The position numbers and the translations under genes are program-made. Positions 18,233 to 29,166 of a stretch of DNA of 64,000 bases are shown piece by piece. Where the stretch lies: the NCBI GenBank assembly GCA_965223565.1, contig CBDCWV010000017.1, positions 84,463-148,462 of the forward strand. The letters run 5' to 3'. How positions within the stretch are numbered: position 1 is the first letter of the stretch; every line of letters starts with the position of its first letter. Source of the DNA: Myxococcota bacterium (lineage in GTDB: Bacteria > Myxococcota_A > UBA9160 > UBA4427). Below the pieces are notes generated by a model. The model was not told where the DNA came from. It ran no database searches and saw nothing but the letters and a program-made list of their open reading frames with translations.

Positions 18233-18310
18233 CCGCCGTAGGCCGGGTCGGATGGCCGCCGATCCACAATGCTTGACGGTATCTCCTGGGGTGGGGGCTA
18301 TAGTCGTTCG

Positions 18311-19129
18311 ATGGCGGATGAATCGGTCTTGTTCGAGGTCGACTCGGATGGGGTGGCGCTGATCACGTTGAATCGGCCGGACAAGATGAATGCTTGTTCG
18401 GGGGAGATGCTGTCGGGGCTGTCGGACGCGTACCGGCGGTGTGACGAGGACGATGCGATTCGCGCTGTCGTCCTGACCGGGGCGGGTCGCGGCTTCTGCG
18501 CCGGAGCCGACATGAGCGACGCGGCGCGCACCTTCGATGTCTCGGAGAGTGGCGGCTTCGGCGATTTCAGTGCGGCGGCGATCGAGCTGCCGGCCTTCCG
18601 TGTCCGCAAGCTCGTCGTCGCCGCCGTGAACGGACATGCGATCGGGCTCGGCATGACGCTCGCGATGCAATGTGATCTGCGGATCTTTGCGCGGGAGGGG
18701 AAGTACGGAATCGTCCAGGTGCGCCGCGGCGTGATGGGTGACGCCTACTCGCATTGGACGATGGTCCGACTGGTCGGTCTGGCCCGCGCAGCAGAGATCA
18801 TGTTGACGGGCCAGACCTTCCGCGGTGACGAGCTCGAGCGGCTCGGCGTCGCCAATCGCATCGTCGCGAGCGCCGACGTGTTGCCGACGGCGCTCGAGCT
18901 CGCGCGCGATACTGCGATCCATGCGGCGCCACTCTCTCTCGCGCTCTCGAAGAAGCTCCTGTGGGAGTCGGTCGAGCTCTCACCCGAAGAGGTCGAGCGG
19001 AAGGAGACCGAGCTCCACAAGCACATCATGCCGCGCGCCGACGCTGTGGAGGGGCCGATGGCCCACGTCGAGAAACGGCGGCCGAGCTGGCAGCTCCGCG
19101 TCTCACGCGATTGGCCGGACTGGCCCTGA
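18311..19129 (+). CDS. Enoyl-CoA hydratase/isomerase (crotonase) family protein
   Basis: VALITLNRPDKMNA...AVVLTGAGRGFCAGADM is the classic crotonase oxyanion-hole region. The ATG at 18311 is in the frame of ORF 18269..19129. Confidence 0.8.
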   Translation: MADESVLFEVDSDGVALITLNRPDKMNACSGEMLSGLSDAYRRCDEDDAIRAVVLTGAGRGFCAGADMSDAARTFDVSESGGFGDFSAAAIELPAFRVRKLVVAAVNGHAIGLGMTLAMQCDLRIFAREGKYGIVQVRRGVMGDAYSHWTMVRLVGLARAAEIMLTGQTFRGDELERLGVANRIVASADVLPTALELARDTAIHAAPLSLALSKKLLWESVELSPEEVERKETELHKHIMPRADAVEGPMAHVEKRRPSWQLRVSRDWPDWP

Positions 19130-19253
19130 GCCGGTGGTGCGACCGGAGTGGTGCGTCTCTGAGCTCGATTTCATGAGCGTTTTCGACCCTTTGGGGCCAT
19201 GAGCCCGATCTACGACGAATCGGCCGGGCATCGCCCTTCGGCGGCGCCCCGCG

Positions 19254-19282
19254 CTTGACCGGTCGCCTCGCGGACTTACGTT
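19254..19282 (+). promoter_or_regulatory. Candidate RpoH (sigma-32)-type promoter upstream of lon
   Basis: CTTG-N17-CTTACGT compared with the alphaproteobacterial-type consensus CTTG-N17/18-CYTATNT. It lies about 55 nt upstream of the lon start. This is pattern match only. Confidence 0.25.
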
Positions 19283-19336
19283 CGCGCGACCCGACGCCCC
19301 ACCCCCCGGCCCGCCCATTCGCCCACAGGAGTCGCC

Positions 19337-21790
19337 GTGTCCGACGACGACCGCAACGAAGACGAAATCGACGATCCCGCCACCGAAGAGGTCGAGCATC
19401 CGAGCGATCCGCAAGACCCGGAGATCGCCTCGCTATCGGTCGAGGTACCCGGCGCCGAGGTGCTCGAGGTCCCGGCGATCCTACCCGTACTGCCGGTGCG
19501 AGACGTCGTGGTCTATCCGGGCGTCACGATGCCGCTCGCGATCGGACGCGTCCGCTCGCTCGCCGCCCTCGACGAGGCGGGCCAGGACGGCTACCTGCTC
19601 GTCGTCTCCCAGCGCGATCCGATGACGGAGAATCCGGGTGTCGACGACCTCCACGACGTCGGCACGATCGTCCGCGTGATGCGAATCATCGACGCGCGCC
19701 GGGAGGGCAAGCAGGCGCTCGTCGTCGGGCTCGCGCGCGCGGTCATGACGCGAACGGTCGCGCGTGAGCCCGCGCTCCGCGCACAGGTCCAGCCACTGGT
19801 CGAGCCGAGCGAGGTCACTCCCCAGCTCGAGGCCGCCTGGCGTCGTGTCGTGATGTTGACCCAGCGGATCGTCGATCTGCGCGAGGACATGCCCGACGAG
19901 TGGAAGGCCTTCATCCAGGGCATCCCGACGCCCGGCATCCTGGCCGATCTGGTCGCATCGAACATCGCACTCACGCCCGGCCAGAAGATCGAGCTGCTCG
20001 AGGAGCCGGATCCGGAGAAGCGCCTGGCACTCGTCGAGGCCCACCTCGAAAAGGAGGTGACGATCGCGGAGACCCAGCGCAGTCTGGCCGATGAGGCCGG
20101 CGGCGAGACCGATCCGCGACGCCGGGAGCGGATGCTGCGCCAACGCATGCGTGAGATCCAGAAGGAGATCGGTGAGACCGACGCGAGCGCACGGGAGGTC
20201 GACGACCTGCGCGAGAAGCTCGATGCGCTCGAGCTGCCCGAGGAAGCCGAGACGCTCGCGGATCGGGAGCTGAAACGCCTCGCCTCCCTCCCCCAGCACG
20301 CACCGGATCGTCATCTGATCCGGACCTATCTGGATTGGCTGATCGACCTGCCCTGGAACGTCGAGACCGAGGACGACCTCGACCTGCGTCGCGCGCGCGA
20401 GATTCTCGATGCCGATCATCATGGACTCGGTCAGGTAAAGGATCGCATCCTCGAGTTCCTCTCGGTTCGCAAGCTCGCTCCCGACGCGCCCGCACCGATC
20501 CTCTGCTTCGTCGGTCCGCCGGGCGTCGGCAAGACCTCGCTCGGCCGCTCGATCGCGCGCTGCATGGGACGCAACTTCACGCGTGCCTCCCTCGGTGGTG
20601 TCAGAGACGAGGCGGAGATTCGCGGCCACAGACGCACCTACGTCGGCTCCATGCCCGGCCGCATCCTGCAGAGTCTCAAGCGGGCCGGGTCGCGCAATCC
20701 CGTGTTCCTGCTCGACGAGATCGACAAGGTCGGCTCCGATTTCCGAGGCGACCCGTCCTCGGCGCTGCTCGAGGTCCTCGATCCCGAGCAGAATCATGCC
20801 TTCTCCGACCACTACATCGAAGCGTCCTTCGATCTCTCGAAGGTCCTGTTCATCGCGACGGCCAACACCCTCGCGACGATCCCGCCCGCCCTGCTCGATC
20901 GTATGGAGGTGATCGAGCTGTCTGGCTATACGGAGCGGGAGAAGCTCGTGATCGCCGAGCAGTTCCTGGTCCCCCGCCAGCTCGACGCCCACGGGCTCGA
21001 GGCCGATCAGGTGAGCATCTCCGAGGCTGCCCTCGAGAAGGTCGTCGTCGAGTACACACGCGAGGCCGGCGTTCGCAATCTCGAACGCCATGTCGCCACG
21101 CTGATGCGAAAATGCGCGCGCAAGATCTCGCAGGACCGCGAGGCGACGATCACAGTCGATCCCGACTTCGTGTCCGAGGCACTCGGCGCGCCGCCCCACC
21201 TGCCCGAGACGGCCGAGGAGGCGAGCATCCCGGGCGTCGCCGTCGGACTCGCCGTGACCGCGCACGGCGGCGATATCCTCTTCGTCGAAGCGGCCGGCAA
21301 TCCCGGTGGCAAGGACATCCGGCTGCGCCTGACGGGCCAGCTCGGCGACGTGATGCGCGAGTCGGCGGAGGCCGCCCTGTCCTGGGTGCGTGCCCACGCC
21401 GACTCGCTCGGTCTCGACGAAGCGGCGCTCGCGCCGGGAGAGATTCACCTCCACGTCCCGGCGGGTGCCGTACCCAAGGACGGCCCATCGGCCGGCGTCG
21501 CACTCGTCACCGCACTCGTCTCCTTGCTCGCGGGCCGCAGCGCCCACAGCAACGTGGCGATGACGGGTGAGATCTCGCTGCGCGGCCGCGTGCTGCCCGT
21601 CGGCGGCATCAAGGGCAAGCTGCTCGCAGCGAGTCGCGCCGGGATCGACACGGTCGTGATTCCCAAGCGAAACGAAAAGGATCTCGTCGAGGTGCCGGAC
21701 GAGGTCAAGGAGTCACTCGGGATCCATCTCGTCGATACGATCGACGAAGCACTTGCGATCACGATGGGCGAGCTGCCGGCCTCGGCCTGA
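19337..21790 (+). CDS. lon: ATP-dependent protease La (LonA), copy 1
   Basis: N-terminal LON domain (LPVLPVRDVVVYPGVTMPLAIGR), Walker A GPPGVGKTS, and a proteolytic Ser-Lys dyad context PKDGPSAGVAL ... PVGGIKGK. GTG start. Confidence 0.9.
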   Translation: MSDDDRNEDEIDDPATEEVEHPSDPQDPEIASLSVEVPGAEVLEVPAILPVLPVRDVVVYPGVTMPLAIGRVRSLAALDEAGQDGYLLVVSQRDPMTENPGVDDLHDVGTIVRVMRIIDARREGKQALVVGLARAVMTRTVAREPALRAQVQPLVEPSEVTPQLEAAWRRVVMLTQRIVDLREDMPDEWKAFIQGIPTPGILADLVASNIALTPGQKIELLEEPDPEKRLALVEAHLEKEVTIAETQRSLADEAGGETDPRRRERMLRQRMREIQKEIGETDASAREVDDLREKLDALELPEEAETLADRELKRLASLPQHAPDRHLIRTYLDWLIDLPWNVETEDDLDLRRAREILDADHHGLGQVKDRILEFLSVRKLAPDAPAPILCFVGPPGVGKTSLGRSIARCMGRNFTRASLGGVRDEAEIRGHRRTYVGSMPGRILQSLKRAGSRNPVFLLDEIDKVGSDFRGDPSSALLEVLDPEQNHAFSDHYIEASFDLSKVLFIATANTLATIPPALLDRMEVIELSGYTEREKLVIAEQFLVPRQLDAHGLEADQVSISEAALEKVVVEYTREAGVRNLERHVATLMRKCARKISQDREATITVDPDFVSEALGAPPHLPETAEEASIPGVAVGLAVTAHGGDILFVEAAGNPGGKDIRLRLTGQLGDVMRESAEAALSWVRAHADSLGLDEAALAPGEIHLHVPAGAVPKDGPSAGVALVTALVSLLAGRSAHSNVAMTGEISLRGRVLPVGGIKGKLLAASRAGIDTVVIPKRNEKDLVEVPDEVKESLGIHLVDTIDEALAITMGELPASA

Positions 21791-21834
21791 ATCCTCGCGG
21801 CCGCTCGCACGGCGGGACTGCTAGACTGCCGGCG

Positions 21835-23052
21835 TTGAGAGTCGCGCTCGTACACGACTGGCTGACCGGCTATCGGGGTGGGGAGCGCGTGCTGCTCCAC
21901 CTCGCGCGCCGCTTTCCCCATGCCGACCTCTACACGCTGTTCCACACGCCGGGGAGCCAGCCCGCGGCAGTCGAAGCCCTCCGAATCACGACCAGTCCCC
22001 TGGATCGCCTGCCGGCGAGTCGTCGTCACTACCGGAAGCTCCTGCCGCTCTTTCCCTGGGCGATCCGGCAGCTCGGCGCCAGCCTGGCCCGCGCCCATCG
22101 CACCCGGGCCTACGAGCTCGTCCTGTCGACCAGTCACGCCGTCGCGAAGAGCATCCCCGTACCGCCCGGCGTTCCGCACGTCGACTACTGCTTTACACCC
22201 ATGCGATACGTCTGGGATCAGCTCGACGCGTACCTCGGCGAGCGACGCATCCCAAAGTCGCTGGCGTTACCAGTCGTCACGGGCCTCCGACGCTTCGACG
22301 TCGCGACGAGCGGGCCCGATTCGGTCACGCGCTTCCTGGCGATCTCGAGCGACGTGGCAAGCCGGATCGAGCGCCACTACGGCCGCCAATCGCGGCTCGT
22401 TCCGCCCCCGGTCGATCTCGCATGGCTCGAGGTCGCCTCGGCGCCGGCGGACGACTATTTCCTGCTCGTCGGGGGATTCGTGCCCTACAAGCGCGAGTCG
22501 CTCGCGATCGACGCGTTTCGCCGCCTCGGACGCCGCCTCGTCGTCGTCGGCGATGGACCGGGGCGCAGGCCCCTCGAGCGGCGAGCACCAGCAGGGATCG
22601 AGTTCACGGGCCGCGTGAGCGACGCCGAGCTGGCCCGGCTCTATCGCGACTGTCGCGCCCTCGTCTATCCCCAGCACGAGGATTTCGGTCTGGTGGCCGT
22701 CGAGGCGCAAGCTGCGGGCCGTCCGGTGATCGCCTATCGCGCCGGTGGCGCGCTCGATACGGTCTGTGGGCTGGTGAGCGACTCGGCGACGAGCGGCGGC
22801 GACGAAGCGGGTGAGCGATCGCCCGCGCAACCCGCGAGCGGACCGACCGGGATCTTCTTCGAGGAGCAGACGCCCGAAGCGATCGTCCATGCGATCGAGC
22901 GATTCGAGAAGGCCGAGCACGTCTTCGATCCGCCTCGCCTGCGGCGGTGGGCGGAGCGCTTCTCACCCGCGCGTTTCGATGCGGCGCTCGACCACGAGAT
23001 CGCACAGGTGCGTGACGGAGCGCGACCGAGCGCGCGGGAGGGTCTCCGTTGA
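21835..23052 (+). CDS. Glycosyltransferase, GT4 / group-1 family
   Basis: MRVALVHDWLTGYRGGERVL is a typical N-terminus. The C-terminal region FVPYKR...LYRDCRALVYPQHEDFGLVAVEAQAAGRPVIA is EX7E-like. TTG start. Confidence 0.75.
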   Translation: MRVALVHDWLTGYRGGERVLLHLARRFPHADLYTLFHTPGSQPAAVEALRITTSPLDRLPASRRHYRKLLPLFPWAIRQLGASLARAHRTRAYELVLSTSHAVAKSIPVPPGVPHVDYCFTPMRYVWDQLDAYLGERRIPKSLALPVVTGLRRFDVATSGPDSVTRFLAISSDVASRIERHYGRQSRLVPPPVDLAWLEVASAPADDYFLLVGGFVPYKRESLAIDAFRRLGRRLVVVGDGPGRRPLERRAPAGIEFTGRVSDAELARLYRDCRALVYPQHEDFGLVAVEAQAAGRPVIAYRAGGALDTVCGLVSDSATSGGDEAGERSPAQPASGPTGIFFEEQTPEAIVHAIERFEKAEHVFDPPRLRRWAERFSPARFDAALDHEIAQVRDGARPSAREGLR

Positions 23053-24224
23053 CGCTCGGCGAGGCGAAGATCCCGATGCTCGATCTCGCCGCGCAGCACG
23101 CCGAGATCGAGGAGGAGCTGCTCGAAGGCATCGCGGCCGTCCTGGCCTCGGGCCGCTTCGTGCTCGGCCAGAGCGTCGAGCGCTATGAATCCGAGCTCGC
23201 AGAACGCTGCGGCGTACGACACGCGATCGCCTGCAACTCGGGAACCGACGCGCTCTGGCTCTCCCTCGCCGCACTCGGGATCGGGTCCGGTGACGCCGTG
23301 TTATGCCCCGCCTACTCCTTCTTCGCAACGGCCGCGACGATCGTCCGGCTGGGTGCCTCGCCCGTCTTCTGTGACATCGACCCCGCGACGCTGAACCTCT
23401 CGCCCGCCGACGCGATCGCCCGGCTAGGCGACCGCGACGACGTGCGCGCGATCGTCGCAGTCGACCTCTTCGGGCGCGCCTGCGAGCTCGGCGACCTCGA
23501 GCACGTCGCCGGTGCTCGCGACGTCCCGATCGTCGCCGACGCGGCGCAGTCGATCGAGGCCCGCGACGCGACGGGGCGACGCGTCGGCGAACGCACGAGG
23601 GTGACCTGTCTGAGCTTCTATCCGACGAAGAATCTCGGTGCGCTCGGCGACGCGGGCGCCGTCCTCACGAACGACACGACGCTCGCGCGAACGCTCGCCG
23701 AGCTACGCGTCCATGGCGAGTCGGCCCCCGGCCTCTATTCGCGAATCGGGATCAACTCGCGCATGGACGCAATCCAGGCCGTCGCACTCGCGGTCAAGCT
23801 CCGGCACCTCGATGGATGGGCGCGAGCGCGAAGCCGATTGGCGAGCCACTATGACGCGCTCCTTCTCGAACGCGGCGCCGCGACGGGGGCGACCCCGCTG
23901 GACGAAGCGCTGCTGCCCGTGCGACCTCCGGTTGCGACCCCCGATCCCGCGCGCCACGGCTACCACCGCTACGTGGTGCGGGTGCCGGCAGCGTGCCGTG
24001 CCGGGCTGATCCGCGCGCTCGAAGACGAGGGGATCGCCAGTGAGATCTACTACCGACGCGGCCTGCACGAGCAGCCGGCCCTGGCCCGCTTCCGACCCAG
24101 CGAACCGCTACCCGAGATCGAGCGGGCGTGTCGCGAGACGCTGGCCCTGCCACTCTACCCCGAGATGGGCCTCGCACGCGTCGAGCGGGTCGTGGATGCG
24201 GTCGCGCGCCACCTGAAGCGATAG
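23049..24224 (+). CDS. DegT/DnrJ/EryC1/StrS-family PLP-dependent sugar aminotransferase
   Basis: IPMLDLAAQHAEIEEEL...GRFVLGQSVERYESELA...NSGTDAL...FYPTKNLGALGDAGA are family hallmarks. The TTG start overlaps the preceding stop (TTGA). Confidence 0.8.
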   Translation: MTLGEAKIPMLDLAAQHAEIEEELLEGIAAVLASGRFVLGQSVERYESELAERCGVRHAIACNSGTDALWLSLAALGIGSGDAVLCPAYSFFATAATIVRLGASPVFCDIDPATLNLSPADAIARLGDRDDVRAIVAVDLFGRACELGDLEHVAGARDVPIVADAAQSIEARDATGRRVGERTRVTCLSFYPTKNLGALGDAGAVLTNDTTLARTLAELRVHGESAPGLYSRIGINSRMDAIQAVALAVKLRHLDGWARARSRLASHYDALLLERGAATGATPLDEALLPVRPPVATPDPARHGYHRYVVRVPAACRAGLIRALEDEGIASEIYYRRGLHEQPALARFRPSEPLPEIERACRETLALPLYPEMGLARVERVVDAVARHLKR

Positions 24225-24246
24225 CACTCGCCGGAAGCAGCCGCGC

Positions 24247-25638
24247 TCAATAGGCGGTCCGGTCCCGACCGCCCCGCACGAGCGTCATGAACAGGATCCG
24301 CAGATCGAGCCAGAAGGACCATTTCTGGATGTAGTACAGGTCGTGCTCGACCCTTTCGTGAATCGAGGTGTCGCCGCGCCAGCCGTGGACCTGGGCCCAG
24401 CCCGTCATCCCCGCACGCACCTTGTGACGCAACATGTAGCCGGGGATCTCGCGTCGAAAGGCCTCGATATAGGCGGGCTGCTCAGGCCGCGGACCGACCA
24501 GACTCATGTCGCCGCGCAGCACGTTGACGAGCTGCGGAAGCTCGTCGAGGCTGCGGGCGCGCAGCCAACGCCCGAGCCGCGTACGCCGCGGATCGGATTC
24601 GGTCGTCCAGCCCGGCCCCTCGCGCTCTGCGTCGCGGCGCATCGAGCGAAACTTCAGCATGTCGAAGACGCGCCCGTCGTGGCCCATCCGCGCCTGGCGG
24701 TAGAGAATCGGACGCCCCATCGTCGCCGCGATCGCCAGCGAGATCACGATCCAGAGCGGTGACAGCAAGGCGATCAACGTCGCACTCGCGACCAGATCGA
24801 AGCTCCGTTTGGCGAGCGCCGACCAACCGACGAGCGGCGTCTCCTGGAGGCCGATGACGGGGATCCCATCCAGGCTTTCGACCGTACTGTGGAGGCCGAT
24901 CCCATGGACGAGGTCGGGGACGACCTTCACGTTCACGACCTGGTCGGAGAGCTCGGCCGCGACCTTCTCGAACAGCTCGTACTCGTGACGCGAGAGCGCG
25001 ACGATCACCTGATCGACGCGGAGCGAGCGCAGAATGCGGCCGAGGTCCGCATAGCCCCCGATGATCGGCACCCCCGCCACGCGTCCGCCGAGCGCGCCGT
25101 CCGCGACGACGCCGACCAGGCTGAGGCCCGCATCCGGGCGGCCTTCGATCCGTGAGACGACCGACTCCGCGAGGGGGCCCGAGCCGATCACGACGACGAA
25201 GCGCAGGTTGAAGCCCCGACGACGCAGGCGGCGCAGACCAAAGCGGATCGCGGAGCGGAAGCTGATCACACCGATCGGCGCGAGCACGGCGAAGAAGCCG
25301 AGCGCCAGGCGCGAGTAGGAGAAGCTGCGCGCGAAGAACGTCGTCGCGGCCAGCAGCAGGACCGCCATCCCGGTCGCACGAACGATCGCGGATGCCTCTC
25401 CGAGCGGGGAATCCATCCGCCGCGCCTCGTAGAGACCGTGCGATCGGAACAGGAAGAGAAAGAGCGGCAGGATGAGCGCGAGGGCGTAGACGTAGGGCTC
25501 GGGCGGTGCGTGCCCGAGCGGTGCCGGCAGACCGACTTCGAAGCGCAGCCAGTAGGCGGCGAGCCAGGCGGCCCCGATGATCGCGAGGTCGGCGACTGCG
25601 AGCAGCGTGCGGAAGACTTCGCTGTAGCGATAGAGCAT
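24247..25638 (-). CDS. Polyprenyl-phosphate sugar phosphotransferase (WbaP/EpsB-type initiating enzyme)
   Basis: N-terminal TM helices. The C-terminal bacterial sugar transferase domain reads KRSFDLVASATLIALLSP...KFRSMRRDAE...DELPQLVNVLRGDMSLVGPRP. Confidence 0.85.
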   Translation of the reverse strand: MLYRYSEVFRTLLAVADLAIIGAAWLAAYWLRFEVGLPAPLGHAPPEPYVYALALILPLFLFLFRSHGLYEARRMDSPLGEASAIVRATGMAVLLLAATTFFARSFSYSRLALGFFAVLAPIGVISFRSAIRFGLRRLRRRGFNLRFVVVIGSGPLAESVVSRIEGRPDAGLSLVGVVADGALGGRVAGVPIIGGYADLGRILRSLRVDQVIVALSRHEYELFEKVAAELSDQVVNVKVVPDLVHGIGLHSTVESLDGIPVIGLQETPLVGWSALAKRSFDLVASATLIALLSPLWIVISLAIAATMGRPILYRQARMGHDGRVFDMLKFRSMRRDAEREGPGWTTESDPRRTRLGRWLRARSLDELPQLVNVLRGDMSLVGPRPEQPAYIEAFRREIPGYMLRHKVRAGMTGWAQVHGWRGDTSIHERVEHDLYYIQKWSFWLDLRILFMTLVRGGRDRTAY

Positions 25639-25684
25639 CCCTGGCTCGACCCCCGTCCGGGCGAAGAGCTTGCCAGATCCCGCT

Positions 25685-27373
<1,689 letters not shown>

Positions 27374-27380
27374 TCGCGCC

Positions 27381-28613
27381 TCAGCCCGATTCGCGGGAAT
27401 CGGCCTCGACCGCCTCGGCGAGATCGCTCAGGAAATCCGGCATCGCCGACAGCACCCGACTCCAGTTCGGAATCTGCGGCGAGCCCATCGGATCGCGCAC
27501 GAAGTCCAGCCCCGCCGCACGCAGAGCGCCCGAAAAGGTCTCGACCGCGACCTCCTCCTCATGGCGGTCGAAGATCAAGCCGTTCAGCTTGGCGTCATCG
27601 CTATAGCGAGCGATCGCGTCCTGCGCGGTTCGCACGTAGGCGGAGATCATCGTATTCAGGAAGCCCGAATCGAACTCCACGCCATAGCTCGCGAGGTTGC
27701 GAATCAGGGAGGCCGCGATGTCGCGCACCATCCGATGCAGCCCGCGACTCGGGTCGTGCTCCGACAGCGCCTGGTGCTTGTGATCGTAGTTCTCGACCAG
27801 CTCGACCTGACAAATGCGCTTGAGGGAGCAGTTGCGATAGACCTCGGCCAGCACGCCGACCTCGAGCCCCCAATCCGCCGGGATCCGATTCGCGCGCACG
27901 AGCTCGGTCGTCATCGAACACTCACCCGCGAGCGGGTATCGAAACGACTCGAGGTAATCGAGCAAAGGCACTGGTCCCAGTACGGATTTCATCGATCGCA
28001 TGAGGGGTGTCATGAAGAGCCGGGTGACCCGCCCGTGCATCCGGTCCGAGACCCGGCTGTAGTAGCCCTTGGCGAACTCGTAGCTCATGTTCGGATTGGC
28101 GGTCGGATAGCAGAGACGCGCCAGGAGATCGCGACGATAGTCGAGGATGTCGCAGTCGTGACTCGCGACGACGCGGGCACGATGGGTTGCGAGGACGTAG
28201 CCGTAGGCGATCCAGTTGGCCCGCCCCTTGCCGTCGACGCCCGGGTCGAGTCCCTCGTCCCGCAGTCGGGCCAGCAGGGCCTGAATGCGCGGTCCCTGAT
28301 TCCAGATCACGGTCGGTGGCGCACCGGACAGACAGGGGATGCGATCGACGAGTGCGCGCATCTCACGGAACTGGGCCGCATCGGCCTCGCCCGACAGGCT
28401 CAGCACACATTGCGTCAGGTAGGGCACGCGCGACAGCTCGTCGACGATCCGCTTGAGGGCTGGACCGTGGATCTCCGAGTAGAGCGAAGGCAGCACGAGT
28501 GCGATCGGCCGCTCTTCGCTGTACTGAACGAGCTCCGCCTCGAGTCGAGCCAGGTCCGGCTCACCCAGACGATGCAGAGAGGTGATGACGCCTGTCTGGT
28601 GGAAATCCGCCAT
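27381..28613 (-). CDS. GpgS/MpgS-like retaining glycosyltransferase (glucosyl/mannosyl-3-phosphoglycerate synthase-like)
   Basis: N-terminal MADFHQTGVITSLH. Blocks HDCDILDY, HGRVTRLFMTPL, PLAGECSMTTEL, WGLEVGVL and ENYDHKHQ parallel the DxD, GGRVTEL, LSGEYA, YGVEIGLL and HRNR blocks of GpgS-type enzymes. This is based on recollection, not a search. Confidence 0.5.
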   Translation of the reverse strand: MADFHQTGVITSLHRLGEPDLARLEAELVQYSEERPIALVLPSLYSEIHGPALKRIVDELSRVPYLTQCVLSLSGEADAAQFREMRALVDRIPCLSGAPPTVIWNQGPRIQALLARLRDEGLDPGVDGKGRANWIAYGYVLATHRARVVASHDCDILDYRRDLLARLCYPTANPNMSYEFAKGYYSRVSDRMHGRVTRLFMTPLMRSMKSVLGPVPLLDYLESFRYPLAGECSMTTELVRANRIPADWGLEVGVLAEVYRNCSLKRICQVELVENYDHKHQALSEHDPSRGLHRMVRDIAASLIRNLASYGVEFDSGFLNTMISAYVRTAQDAIARYSDDAKLNGLIFDRHEEEVAVETFSGALRAAGLDFVRDPMGSPQIPNWSRVLSAMPDFLSDLAEAVEADSRESG

Positions 28614-28678
28614 GGCCGGGACGGTCGCACTCGCTTCGATCGGGCGCCAACCGAGGGCGCCGAGGCCGGTCGTCGCGG

Positions 28679-29041
28679 CTAGCCGACCGGTGTCAGCTCG
28701 GGCTCGATGGCCTCTTCGAGCATGCGAACCACCTCGGGCTCGATCTCGAAGAACTCAATGCCGACTTCCTGGGTCAGGGGATCGAGATCCGTCGCCCAGG
28801 CGACGCGCCCCGAGGCGACGACCGTCTGGTCACCAACGGCGAAGGTCACGCGCAGATGATCACCGAGATTGATCTCGACGCCGACGACTTCGAAGCTGAT
28901 CCCGCCCTTCGACAGGTTCTTCGAGACCGCCAGCCGATCCGAGTGATCGAGCTCGGCGAAGGAGATCACCTGATCCGTCGCGACGCGATGGTACTTGCGT
29001 CGCTCCGCGCCTCTGGCCTCGCTCGTTCCCATCAGCGGCAC
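28679..29041 (-). CDS. PilZ-domain protein (putative c-di-GMP receptor)
   Basis: Both PilZ signatures are present: RRKYHR (RxxxR) and NLSKGG (D/NxSxxG). 120 aa. It is the first gene upstream of the co-directional glycosyltransferase genes. Confidence 0.75.
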   Translation of the reverse strand: MPLMGTSEARGAERRKYHRVATDQVISFAELDHSDRLAVSKNLSKGGISFEVVGVEINLGDHLRVTFAVGDQTVVASGRVAWATDLDPLTQEVGIEFFEIEPEVVRMLEEAIEPELTPVG

Positions 29042-29166
29042 GCTCCCGCGCGACCGCCACGATCCCGGTCGCCAGGCTGCGTTTCGGCCTGCCCGAGGCC
29101 CCGCTTGAGACGGAGCGGCGTCCCCCGCGACCGTCTCGCGACGAATCCGTCGCGCGCAGACTCCGC

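Noticed and set aside
16095-18260. Genomic island integrated at tRNA-Leu(CAG)
   Set aside because: There is no integrase or recombinase, no direct repeat of the tRNA 3' end that I could find, and the only clear gene has native codon bias. It is retained only as a low-interest 'decayed patch' observation.
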